In this document: piece by piece, positions 16,049-26,710 of the stretch
Layout of the letters: each line of letters begins with the position of its first letter
Position numbering within the stretch: the stretch's first letter is position 1
NCBI GenBank assembly: GCA_950097015.1
Contig: CATNEN010000007.1
Span: 10,602,001-10,666,000 of the forward strand
Reading direction: 5' to 3'
From: Macrostomum hystrix
Lineage: Eukaryota; Animalia; Platyhelminthes
DNA length: 64,000 nucleotides
The notes under the pieces: model-generated
Told to the model about the DNA's origin: nothing
The model's input: the letters and a program-made list of their open reading frames with translations, nothing else
Databases searched by the model: none
Program-made: the position numbers and the translations under genes

Positions 16049-18064
16049 ATGCAGTCTACGCTTCTAACTCTGCGACTCCTGGCCTGCGCTTGCGTCGCCG
16101 CCGCCGCCACCGCCGCCTTTTCGCCTGAAGCAGCCGGGAGCGACACGACGGACTCGGGCGAAGCTTCGCAGCTGACCCTCGGCAACAGCAGCAGCCCGCC
16201 CTGCTACTCGGACAGCTCCGCCTGCCGCCTCTACGGCGACTGCTGCCACGCGGTGCCGAACCGCAGCGCTGTCGCTGTCCGGGAGCTCGGCTGCGAGCTG
16301 GCCAGCAATCTGGGCATTGTGTTCAACGACGGCATCAGCGAGGCGGACGCCTACGTGCATCTGGTGCAGACCTGCCCGGCGGACGCCCCGGCTGGCGACC
16401 CGGATGTCCGGCTCTGCCACAGCCAGCTCTCGCAGCCGCGCAGCCTCTTCGATCCGCGCCACCTGCCGGCGATGTCACCCGACGGGCTGCTGTTCCGCAC
16501 CGCCCACTGTGCCCGCTGCCACGGCCGGCGCCGCCTCCTATGGCCGCAGGTGTCCGTGCTGTGCCTGTCAGGCAGCCTGCCAGTTGATGGCAGCAAAGCC
16601 GAGTCCGCAGAGGCTCGCGAGGCACGGATCGACAGCTACTTGCGCCAGGAGCTGCTGAGCGGCCGCAACCTGCCGACCGGCTGCCAAGTGGCCACCCGGT
16701 TTCCAGGGCGGCCGTTTCACCGCTGCCACTGGCCTGGCGTCGTCCAGAACTGCGTAGACTGGGCGGCGACACCAGAGCAGCGGCGCCTGTGTGAGGATGG
16801 CGGTCTCGCCGCGATGAACTACTCAGACTGCGGGGGCATCTTTCGCAACCAGGGCTGCCGCGACTGCTTCGGCACCTGCCCGGACATTGCCTTCAGCTTG
16901 GGATCAGGCTTCTTCCCCAGTGGCGGCGGGGGCGTCCTTAGCAACGTGATGAACTTCTGGATTCCATTGCGGGAGCCGGTGTCCAGTGGCGACGTCCAGA
17001 CGTTCGACAGCCTGTGGGTGGTTGACGAATCCGGGCAAAATGCCAGCGCCAATGCGACCGTCACCGATGCCACAAGCGATGCTACCAGTAATGCAGCTGC
17101 GGATGAGGAGTCGGGCTGGCCGCAGCAGCTGGTGCTGGTGGCGTCCTACTGCGTGTCCATACTGTCCCTGGCGGTGCTGCTCATTGTGTACGGCCTGCTG
17201 CCGCACCTTCGCAATCGGGCAGGTCAGCTGCTCATGTCGCATGCGGCCTCCGTGCTGGCCCTGCAGGCTGCTCAGTTGCTCAGTCTGTGCGCCGGGCCCA
17301 CGATAGGCGGCGGCTGCGCTGCTCTGCACTTTATCTTCTACTTCTGCATGGTCGCCGCCTTCGTGTGGGCCTTCCTGTTCGGCTGGGACCTGCTGCGCAC
17401 CTTCGCCTCCCTGCTGCGCAACTCCGCGTTTAAGCCCAGCCGCTACGGTCGCTTCGCCCTGATTGGCTGGGGCGTCCCGCTGCTGCTCACCGGCCTGCTG
17501 GTCGGCCTGCACCTGGGCATCGGCCTGCTGGACCCCGCAAGTGGCTGCCGCTACCGCCCGGACCGGGTGGCCTACATGCTCGGCCTCAGCTTCGGGCCGC
17601 TGCTGGCGGCGCTGCTGTTCAACCTGGTCATTGTGGCCCTGCTGGCCGGGCAGCTGGTGCGCACCTACCGGGAGACTCGCTCCGCCGGTCGCAGCTCGGC
17701 CGCCAAGCTCTGCATCATGACCGCGAAGGTGTCCGTCATCATGGGCGCCGCCTGGCTGCCCTACTTCCTGGTGACTCTGGCCGACCGCGGCCGCAACCCG
17801 GCCACTATCGGCTTCGCCGCCGAGCTGCTGTGCAGCCTGCACGGCCTCCTGCTGGCCGTCGGCTTCACTGGCAATCGGCGAGTCCGGGCTCGCCTCTCCG
17901 AGATGACCTCCTCCATGCTGAAGAACTCCAGCGGAGTTGGCAGCGGCGCGGGCAACTCGGAGGCCACACGGATGCAGGCGCGCCGCTCGCAGGACGCCGG
18001 CCGAGGCCAGCAGGCGCAGTCGCTGCTCACCCGCAAGTCGATCGAAGCTGGCTCGACGGTCTAA
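16049..18064 (+). CDS. Intronless secretin/adhesion-class (Methuselah-like) GPCR with a Cys-rich ectodomain
   Basis: Signal peptide from ATG 16049; somatomedin-B-like CYSDSSACRLYGDCC; further Cys-rich repeats (FRTAHCARCH, FRNQGCRDC); seven hydrophobic helices with family-B motifs (LRNRAG, IGWGVP, IMGAAW, SLHG). TATATAAA at 15935-15942. Confidence 0.92.
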   Translation: MQSTLLTLRLLACACVAAAATAAFSPEAAGSDTTDSGEASQLTLGNSSSPPCYSDSSACRLYGDCCHAVPNRSAVAVRELGCELASNLGIVFNDGISEADAYVHLVQTCPADAPAGDPDVRLCHSQLSQPRSLFDPRHLPAMSPDGLLFRTAHCARCHGRRRLLWPQVSVLCLSGSLPVDGSKAESAEAREARIDSYLRQELLSGRNLPTGCQVATRFPGRPFHRCHWPGVVQNCVDWAATPEQRRLCEDGGLAAMNYSDCGGIFRNQGCRDCFGTCPDIAFSLGSGFFPSGGGGVLSNVMNFWIPLREPVSSGDVQTFDSLWVVDESGQNASANATVTDATSDATSNAAADEESGWPQQLVLVASYCVSILSLAVLLIVYGLLPHLRNRAGQLLMSHAASVLALQAAQLLSLCAGPTIGGGCAALHFIFYFCMVAAFVWAFLFGWDLLRTFASLLRNSAFKPSRYGRFALIGWGVPLLLTGLLVGLHLGIGLLDPASGCRYRPDRVAYMLGLSFGPLLAALLFNLVIVALLAGQLVRTYRETRSAGRSSAAKLCIMTAKVSVIMGAAWLPYFLVTLADRGRNPATIGFAAELLCSLHGLLLAVGFTGNRRVRARLSEMTSSMLKNSSGVGSGAGNSEATRMQARRSQDAGRGQQAQSLLTRKSIEAGSTV

Positions 18065-18779
18065 GCTATGAGATTGAGCACGCTTGAGCACACACTTTGC
18101 GAAGCTTAAGTCGTCTTGATGTACTCACTGAAGCATAGCTAGCTGACAGTCTGTCTATCCGATTCTGTATAGTTTTCATATTATTTTCTTTTCCGCGGAA
18201 CTGCTCAGTGCGTGACCAATTTGAGCACACAGTAGCTCACAGGCCCATCTGAAGAATATCCATGAGCCCTTTGGTAGGATCCGCGCTGCCTAGCGACAAA
18301 AATATACTCTGCTAATCTGCGAGCCCGAAAGACCTAAGTTGGCATGGCAACAGGCGCCGCCCCAAAAGAAAAGCGTGTGCTGTTAATAGATGTCCCACTG
18401 CATGTTGCGAGGTAGACAAATGGACAGAAATGACACCTGGTCCTGGGCCAGATGTGCCGCCAGCGGCGCCTTTAAAGACCATTCGATCAGCTGTTCAGTC
18501 CGTGGACTGGTAAGGCTAGCTCACAAAACCAAATTTCTACATTAGCTGATGCCGCCGGTAGCGGGTAATCGAACTGCTGACCTCTGTTAACAGTAGAAAG
18601 ACCACGGGTACTTCGAACAGCCACTTCACGACAGCTCCCAAACCCAACGACAGATTTGCGTGAAAGTCCACCCTTCCACGATGAACTAACTTTCAAAGCC
18701 GTTCGAGTCAGCATCGTACATGATACAATTGTATGAGCAGAAAAATGATGCCTATATTGTTGTCTTTTGGTAACCTAAC

Positions 18780-18955
18780 ACCCGACGAGAAGTGGAATTC
18801 ATTAGTGGGAATACCTTAACGACAGCAAACAGTGTGGAAGATGCACTGAGTCTTGGAGTTATACTATTTAGTGTTGCAAAAAGCTGTATGTTAAAAGTTA
18901 TATCGAATATATTTAAAAGTGCTAAATATCTAGCAGGCATAAGAATTCTCGCATG
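18780..18955 (+). pseudogene. Possible degenerate LINE reverse-transcriptase C-terminal fragment
   Basis: Translates ...GNTLTTANSVEDALSLGVILFS...VISNIFKSAKYL, resembling the V..V.DLGV.....L.F..HI..I.K.A segment of CR1/L2-type ORF2. Confidence 0.3.
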
Positions 18956-19605
18956 ATCGGCACCTGACCACCAGACAGCTGAAACGGCACACAGCAGAAA
19001 CAAAGCAGCAGATTCAAGCCAAAGATTATTGGCTTTGAAATAAAAGAGGCGAAGCAGTCAAACAAATACAGAATAAAACAAATCAAGTCACGCGCATGCA
19101 GCAATCCGCAGGATTGGCATAAGGCAAAGCAAGGGCATGCTCTAGTGCTACTCCAGTTAGCCAGCTAGCAGTAGTACTAATAGTAGTAGTGATAATACTC
19201 TCAAGAGAAGCGGACTGACAGCGGGTGAGGTTAGCAATCCAGTATTGCACACAGCGGCCCGCCAATCAGATTGAATAATATAATTGAAGCTGCGAGGCTA
19301 TCAGTATATCAAAGCTAATGATAGTGAGTGAATCAGTGAGCGAACAGCAATAACCGTCAGTTGTCAGTTGCGCAAATAATTATTTAAAAAATGATTTAGC
19401 TGAACGAATATCTACCAGTAATATTAGAGTAAGTGGGGAAAGAAAAATTCTAGATAAATATAAAGAAATATATATCAGACAGCAACAACTTCAGCATGCG
19501 ACTTTATCGTATCGCACGATACTGTGCGCAAAGCAGTTAAACATTAACCAATAAACACAGCTAATGGCTGGCATAAACTAATAATAGCGAGTGTGCCTGG
19601 CTCGC

Positions 19606-22600
19606 TCAGCGGCCCATCTTGTGTATCTTGGCCAGGCGTTTGCGCAGTTCAGTCGGAAACTTCTCGTAGCAGGCCTTGCACACCGGCTTCAGGTCGTACT
19701 CGTAGAACTTCGTCCTGCCGAGTTGGCGGGCCGGGTGGGGTGGGTGCTTGTAAATGCCTGCGCTACATCCTGCCACATTCTGCTCTCAGCTCTGCTTCTT
19801 TCAGTGCGGGGCACTTGCCTTTTAACTAGCTTTGGCTATAAGTCTGTTCCGATTGGCTGCTTTGAGGGTCACAGGGGAGGCAGTGAGGGTCACAGTGGAG
19901 GCAGTGAGGGTCACAGTGGAGGCAGTGAGGGTTACAGTGGAGGCAGTGAGGGTCACAGTGGAGGCAGTGAGGGTCACAGTGGAGGCAGTGAGGGTCACAG
20001 GGGAGGCAGTGAGGGTCACAGGGGAGGCAGTGAGGGTCACAGTGGAGGCAGTGAGGGTCACAGTGGAGGCAGTGAGGGTCACAGTGGAGGCAGTGAGGGT
20101 CACAGTGGAGGCAGTGAGGGTCACAGCGGAGGCAGTGAGGGTCACAGTGGTGTCATAAACAAATCCCGAGATTAGGTTCCATAGGCTTACTTCTGGTTCA
20201 TCTGGCGGTCGCACACGGAGCACTGGAAGTGGGCGGAGCACCAGCTCTTGCAGCAGGCCTGCACGCATTCGTCGCTGATGGTGTCGTTGCACACGAAGCA
20301 GGCGTGCCCGAACATCTGCTGGAAGTGGGTCTCGCAGTAGGCCTGGACGGAGAGCGGAGGGAGAATGGTGTGATCCCATTTCCGTGAAAATATTTTAAAG
20401 TTCGGTAGTTTTATCACCGAAGATAGCGAAAACATTTGTAGTGAAATTCGAAAGACCCACAATGACCGCCAAACAGACATGGAATGGGGTAATGACCGTC
20501 AAATAGACATGGAATGGGGTAATGACCGTCAAATAGACAGGGAATGGGGTAATGACCGTCAAATAGACAGGGAATGGGGTAATGACCGTCAAATAGACAG
20601 GGAATGGGGTAATGACCGTCAAATAGACAGGGAATGGGGTAATGACCGTCAAATAGACAGGGAATGGGGTAAAGACCGTCAAATAGACAGGGAATGGGGT
20701 AATGACCGTCAAATAGACAGGGAATGGGGTAATGACCGTCAAATAGACAGGGAATGGGGTAATGACCGTCCAATAGACAGGGAATGGGGTAATGACCGTC
20801 AAATAGACAGGGAATGGGGTAATGACCGTCCAATAGACAGGGAATGGGGTAATGACCGTCAAATAGACAGGGAATGGGGTAATGACCGCCAAACAGGCAG
20901 GGAATGGGGTAATGACGCCCTTAAGATCAGCTGGCGCACCTGGCCGCGCCGCTCGAAGTATCGGGTCCCGTTGAAGGGCTTCTCGCAGACAGCGCAGACG
21001 AAGTGCTCAACGTGCCAGGCCTTGTTGATGGCGTGCACCACGCGCTCCTCGATGGGGCGACGGCAGCGAGCGCAGACGGGGACGCCCAGCTTGTCGAAGC
21101 AGCGGATGCAGTAGAGCTGGTCGTCCTTCTCACGAGCCTCGGCGGTGAGCTCGGCGCGGCAGCCGGTGCAGCTGAAGTGGTAGGGGTGGTAGTTGTCGCC
21201 CTTAAAGCGCAGCACCTGGTCGGCCTCGATGATGTCGTGGCAGCGGTTGCAGAGGAAGCGGGCGGAGCCGCGCACCCGCTCCTTGGCGTTGCAGTCCTTG
21301 CACAGGGCCCGGCCGAGGTTCTTCACGAAGGCGTCGGTCAGGGCCAGGCCGCACAGCTGGCAGGTGAAGCAGTCCGGGTGCCAGGAGGACTGCATAGCCC
21401 GGATGACGCGGCCCACTATGAACTCACCTAGAGACAGGGAAGGGCGGCAGTGATTGAGTATCTAAATGTTAACACTGGGACTAACAAGCCACTTTGCCAC
21501 CCATTTTTATACCAAGGGGAAAAATATTATTTTGCTGCTCCCTTTCTGGGCATCTTCTGAAAAAAGGATCAAGTCGTCAGCCCTTCAGATCGTCGAGATA
21601 TTCATCGGTTCTGGCCGAAGGTCAGATTTTTCCCATTAAGGCTAGTGTATTTCATACACCCTACTCGTATACACAATTTTGCACTGCGCCTCAGTGCAGC
21701 CCTGCCAGGCCTTCAAACTTTATCAGCATGTCACCCGAATGTGCCTGCATCATCTCCGACTTCGGTGGTCACGCACCTTTATCTAGACGGAGCTGCTGGA
21801 CCTTCAACAAGTGGCACCAGCTAACCAGACACCCTGATGCAAATTTATTCCGTTTCGCCGATAAAACCTCAATGTACCCTCGCCTAGTCTGTAAACCAAT
21901 CAGTCACCATCCGACGCCGTCAGCACCTCCAGAAGAGTGGCTCCGACTTGTTATGGAGTCCTCAAAGCGTACTTTTCTACTTTCGCAGATGAAGCCTCGA
22001 TATCGGCTTAAATTCAAGTCTTGCTTGTTGAAGGTCCAGCAGCTTCGTCTAGACAAAAGGTGCGTGACCACCGAAGTCGGAGATGATGCAGGCACATTCG
22101 GGTGACATGCTGATAAAGTTTGAAGGCCTGGCAAGGCTGCATTGAGGCGCAGTGCAAAATTGTGTATAAGGTGTATGAAATACACTAGCTTAAATGGAAA
22201 AAATATGAACTTCGGCCAGAACCGTTGAATATCTCGACGGTCTAAAGGGCTGACGACTTGATTCTTGTTTCAGAAGATGGGCAACAAAAAGTTGGGCCTC
22301 GAGTTCTTGAGTTTAGTGTGCTTGTGTTGCTCCGTTCGGGTGCAGCACAAAAAAGTGCCCCCCCTTGGTAGTTCTACTGTTAATGCATGGAGACTGCAGT
22401 GTCATTTAGCCTAGGGGAACAGTCACTCACCGCACTTTACGCAGCAGGGCTTGAACAGCACGCTGAAGTCGTGCTCACAGTACTTCCTGCCATCGAACTG
22501 CAATGCCAATAGGCACAGAATCAGTTTGGGCATTGTTAGACAGTAGGTTAGCTCATGCCAATCATGCAATCGATGCTCACCTCGTAGAATTTGCCACCCT

Positions 22601-25600
22601 CGAAGGGCCGGAAGCACTGGGCGCAGCTAGAAGTGTGAAAGCAGAGATTGGGGATAGAGATTAGTGCGGGCAGCAGCAATTCAGAGCAGCAGCTCAACAG
22701 CTGCCAGTAAAAATGGTAAAAAGCACAATCTAAGCAACAGTAGCTGACTGACCACTGCTCAAAATAAATTATGAGCAACACAGCAACAACCAGCTTCCTC
22801 TGAAAACTAAAAAGCTGACCGTTTTAAAACCATTGAGTATAAAGGCAACAACAGATAACACAAATAAATTAGGAATACGATAGTCGATTATTTACTGGAA
22901 GCTTTGGGTAATAGAACTCACAGCTGCCATCACCACTAGTGTTGTACACTGGCGAGCTAAATATACGAGCACCCACTATCTTTCCCCTCAGTACATTGAC
23001 TTTTACCTTCAGTACATCTTTCTGTACATCGTTACACCCTTCTGTACCCTCGGTACACCCTTCTGTCGCTAGGTACATCCTTCTATCCCTAGGTACAGCA
23101 TTCTATCCCTAGTTACAGCCTTCTATCCCTAGTTACAGCCTTCTATCACTAGTTACAGCCTTCTATCACTAGTTACATCCTTCTATCCCTAGTTACAGCC
23201 TTCTATCCCTAGGTACAGCCTTCTATCCCTAGGTACAGCCTTCTATCCGTAGGTACATCCTTCTATACCTAGGTACATCCTTCTATCCCTAGGTACAGCC
23301 TTCTATCCCTAGGTACAGCCTACTATCCCTAGGTACAGCCTTCTATCCCTAAGTACAGCCTTCTATCCCTAGGTACAGCCTTCTATCCCTAGGTACAGCC
23401 TTCTATCCCTAGTTACAGCCTTCTATCTCTAGGTACAGCCTTCTATCCCTAGTTACAGCCTTCTATCCGTAGGTACAGCCTTCTATCCGTAGGTACAGCA
23501 TTCTATCCGTAGGTACAGCCTTCTATCCCTAGGTACAGCCTTCTATCCCTAGGTACAGCCTTCTATCCCTAGGTACATCCGTCCTCCCCAAAGCGGAATC
23601 AGATTGAACCGTATTAAATAGAGGAAAACAAATTGAACGAAGCTAATATAAATGGGCTTATTTGCCGTGGACGGACAACATTAAACTAGGCGTCTCTGAC
23701 AAACATTGAGAGTACATCCATCATATTAAGGTATAATTATTAAATATGTGAGCCGTGAGCAATAAACTGGCTGCGGGGGGCACAGCTGTGCGCCAATTTC
23801 CATCGAGCTGCAGAGCCGGTAGCTGGTGCTGACTCACACAAAGCAGTGCTGGTGCCACAGCCGGCCCTCATAGCTGACAACGCCTCTGGAGAGGTCGCCG
23901 TCGCAGTGGGCGCAGCGCGAACCCGGCGATTGACCAGCCGGGCTGTCACCACTGCAAGTCGGGTGCGCGGCGTTTACGGGAAGCGGCCTGGCCGCCTTAG
24001 TTACTCGTATTCGTGAATGCATGTACTTTTAGAATTTTCCTGAGCTTTCCATGTGACATCTCTGAGCAATCACTCAAGTTTGCATATCGTTTATAATCTA
24101 AATAAACTAATAGTAAATCTAAATCTATCCCAAAGAGTATCTAAAAGGATGGCTGTCAAATCCCAAAGAGAATCTGTAAGGATGGCTGTCAAATCCCAAA
24201 GAGGATCTGAAAGGATGACTGTCAAATTCCAAAGAGGATCTGAAAGGATGGCTGTCAAATCCCAAAGAGGATCTGAAAGGATGACTGTCAAATTCCAAAG
24301 AGGATCTGAAAGGATGGCTGTCAAATCCCAAAGAGGATCTGAAAGGATGACTGTCAAATCCCAAAGAGAATCTGTAAGGATGGCTGTCAAATCCCATAGA
24401 GGATCTGAAAGGATGACTGTCAAATTCCAAAGAGGATCTGAAAGGATGACTGTCAAATCCCAAAGAGAATCTGTAAGGATGGCTGTCAAATCCCATAGAG
24501 GATCTGAAAGGATGACTGTCAAATTCCAAAGAGGATCTGAAAGGATGACTGTCAAATCCCAAAGAGAATCTGTAAGGATGGCTGTCAAATCCCAAAGAGA
24601 ATCTGTAAGGATGGCTGTCAAATCCCAAAGAGAATCTGTAAGGATGGCTGTCAAATCCCAAAGAGAATCTGTAAGGATGACTGTCAAATCCCAAAGAGAA
24701 TCTGTAAGGATGGCTGTCAAATCCCAAAGAGAATCTGTAAGGATGACTGTCAAATCCCAAAGAGAATCTGTAAGGATGGCTGTCAAATCCCAAAGAGAAT
24801 CTGTAAGGATGACTGTCAAATCCCATAGAGGATCTGAAAGGATGACTGTCAAATTCCAAAGAGGATCTGAAAGGATGACTGTCAAATCCCAAAGAGAATC
24901 TGTAAGGATGGCTGTCAAATCCCAAAGAGAATCTGTAAGGATGGCTGTCAAATCCCAAAGAGAATCTGTAAGGATGGCTGTCAAATCCCAAAGAGGATCT
25001 GAAAGGATGACTGTCAAATCCCAAAGAGAATCTGTAAGGATGGCTGTCAAATCCCAAAGAGAATCTGTAAGGATGGCTGTCAAATCCCATAGAGGATCTG
25101 AAAGGATGGCTGTCAAATCCCAAAGAGGATCTGAAAGGATGACTGTCAAATTCCAAAGAGGATCTGAAAGGATGGCTGTCAAATCCCAAAGAGGATCTGA
25201 AAGGATGGCTGTCAAATCCCAAAGAGGATCTGAAAGGATGACTGTCAAATCCCAAAGAGAATCTGTAAGGATGGCTGTCAAATCCCATAGAGGATCTGAA
25301 AGGATGACTGTCAAATTCCAAAGAGGATCTGAAAGGATGACTGTCAAATCCCAAAGAGAATCTGTAAGGATGGCTGTCAAATCCCAAAGAGAATCTGTAA
25401 GGATGGCTGTCAAATCCCAAAGAGGATCTGAAAGGATGACTGTCAAATCCCAAAGAGAATCTGTAAGGATGGCTGTCAAATCCCAAAGAGAATCTGTAAG
25501 GATGGCTGTCAAATCCCATAGAGGATCTGAAAGGATGGCTGTCAAATCCCAAAGAGGATCTGAAAGGATGACTGTCAAATTCCAAAGAGGATCTGAAAGG

Positions 25601-26710
25601 ATGGCTGTCAAATCCCAAAGAGGATCTGAAAGGATGACTGTCAAATCCCAAAGAGAATCTGTAAGGATGGCTGTCAAATCCCATAGAGGATCTGAAAGGA
25701 TGACTGTCAAATTCCAAAGAGGATCTGAAAGGATGACTGTCAAATCCCAAAGAGAATCTGTAAGGATGGCTGTCAAATCCCAAAGAGAATCTGTAAGGAT
25801 GGCTGTCAAATCCCAAAGAGGATCTGAAAGGATGACTGTCAAATCCCAAAGAGAATCTGTAAGGATGGCTGTCAAATCCCAAATCGGATCTGGGAGAACG
25901 GCAAGCAGAGGTGATAATTGGGCATTGGCACTGCTATCAGAAATTTCAGCGGTCACGGACTCACACAAAGCAATGCTCATGCCAGGCCTGTCCGCCGGAT
26001 CGGAAGACCCGGTCGGCTCGCCCGAACGCCTCGCCACAGCGCTGGCAGGCCGTGGACTCGCCGCCGCCGCTGCCAACGACTCCGACACCGCTGCCGCCGC
26101 CAAGCTGCATGTGGCTGGCGAGGTTGGAAAATTGAATTTCAATTTTTATTCAGGCGTTGCAGAACCTGGCGGTAAGGGATTGGGCCCGGTCTACTATCTC
26201 AGCTTGTGCTAGTAAGTTCCAGATACAACTTTCAGAGGTGCAGAACCGCAGGTCTGGCTGTGGCAATGGCAACCCCTCTGTGCAAATATTTCATTACACT
26301 GCGCGCAAGTTTAGTTTCGTTGACTAGCTGGTCTGAATAGGTGAGTGCGCAGGCGGGGTGGGGCTGAGGTCACCGCCCGATTGTCTTTTTGAGTTAGCGT
26401 GCTCAAAGCTAGACTAAAGAGGGCCTGGTGGGAGGGTAGAACGCATTAAACAAAATGCCAGCTCAGTACAATTGCCCAGCTCAAACAGTGAATCCAGTGA
26501 GCAGGGGGAGATGGAGGTCACAGGTGTGCCAAAATCGAAGCCAACTGCATTCAGCATTGTTGCTATGGCCAAATCTCACTTGAAGTTGCCCTGCACCATG
26601 TCCAGCTCAGCCTGGTAGCGGTCAAGGCTGTTGTTACTGCCGTCCATAGCTCGGCCCATTGTGCCATCAAAATTCACAGCCAGCCGGCCAGAGTCATAAG
26701 CCGCTGCCAT
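19606..26710 (-). CDS. LIMS1: PINCH / LIMS (five-LIM adaptor); exons 26710-26580, [26114-25965 and/or 23951-23838], 22626-22581, 22497-22431, 21427-20940, 20342-20191, 19714-19606
   Basis: [11 protein letters not shown]...[99 protein letters not shown]. All junctions are GT-AG and phase-consistent. Confidence 0.95.
19863..20149. repeat. 21-bp minisatellite in the last PINCH intron
   Basis: (gagggtcacagtggaggcagt)n, about 13 copies. Confidence 0.95.
20461..20916. repeat. 30-bp minisatellite in a PINCH intron
   Basis: (aatgaccgtcaaatagacagggaatggggt)n, about 15 copies. Confidence 0.97.
21551..22380. mobile_element. Long-TIR MITE/foldback element, left end truncated
   Basis: About 260-bp inverted arms (21551-21811 vs 22025-22279) around a ~210-bp spacer; right arm extends to gttctactg. 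Same family as 41646-42157. Confidence 0.88.
23060..23580. repeat. 20-bp minisatellite
   Basis: (ttctatccctaggtacagcc)n, about 25 copies. Confidence 0.96.
24127..25883. repeat. 33-bp satellite, about 53 copies, between the two LIM1 zinc-finger exons
   Basis: Unit ggatggctgtcaaatcccaaagagaatctgtaa with recurrent variants. Confidence 0.98.

Noticed and set aside
16904-18091. 395-aa antisense ORF, and similar antisense ORFs over MCM5, PINCH and CASD1
   Set aside because: Shadow ORFs produced by GC-rich codon usage of the sense genes.
23952-24022. ATG at 24022 as the PINCH start
   Set aside because: A good acceptor at 23952-23953 joins in phase to the upstream exon and the extension looks intronic, though an internal start is not excluded.
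24053-26212. Long ORFs on both strands (RMAVKSQ / WDLTAIL repeats)
   Set aside because: Intronic 33-bp satellite; the real coding part (26114-25965) is in another frame.
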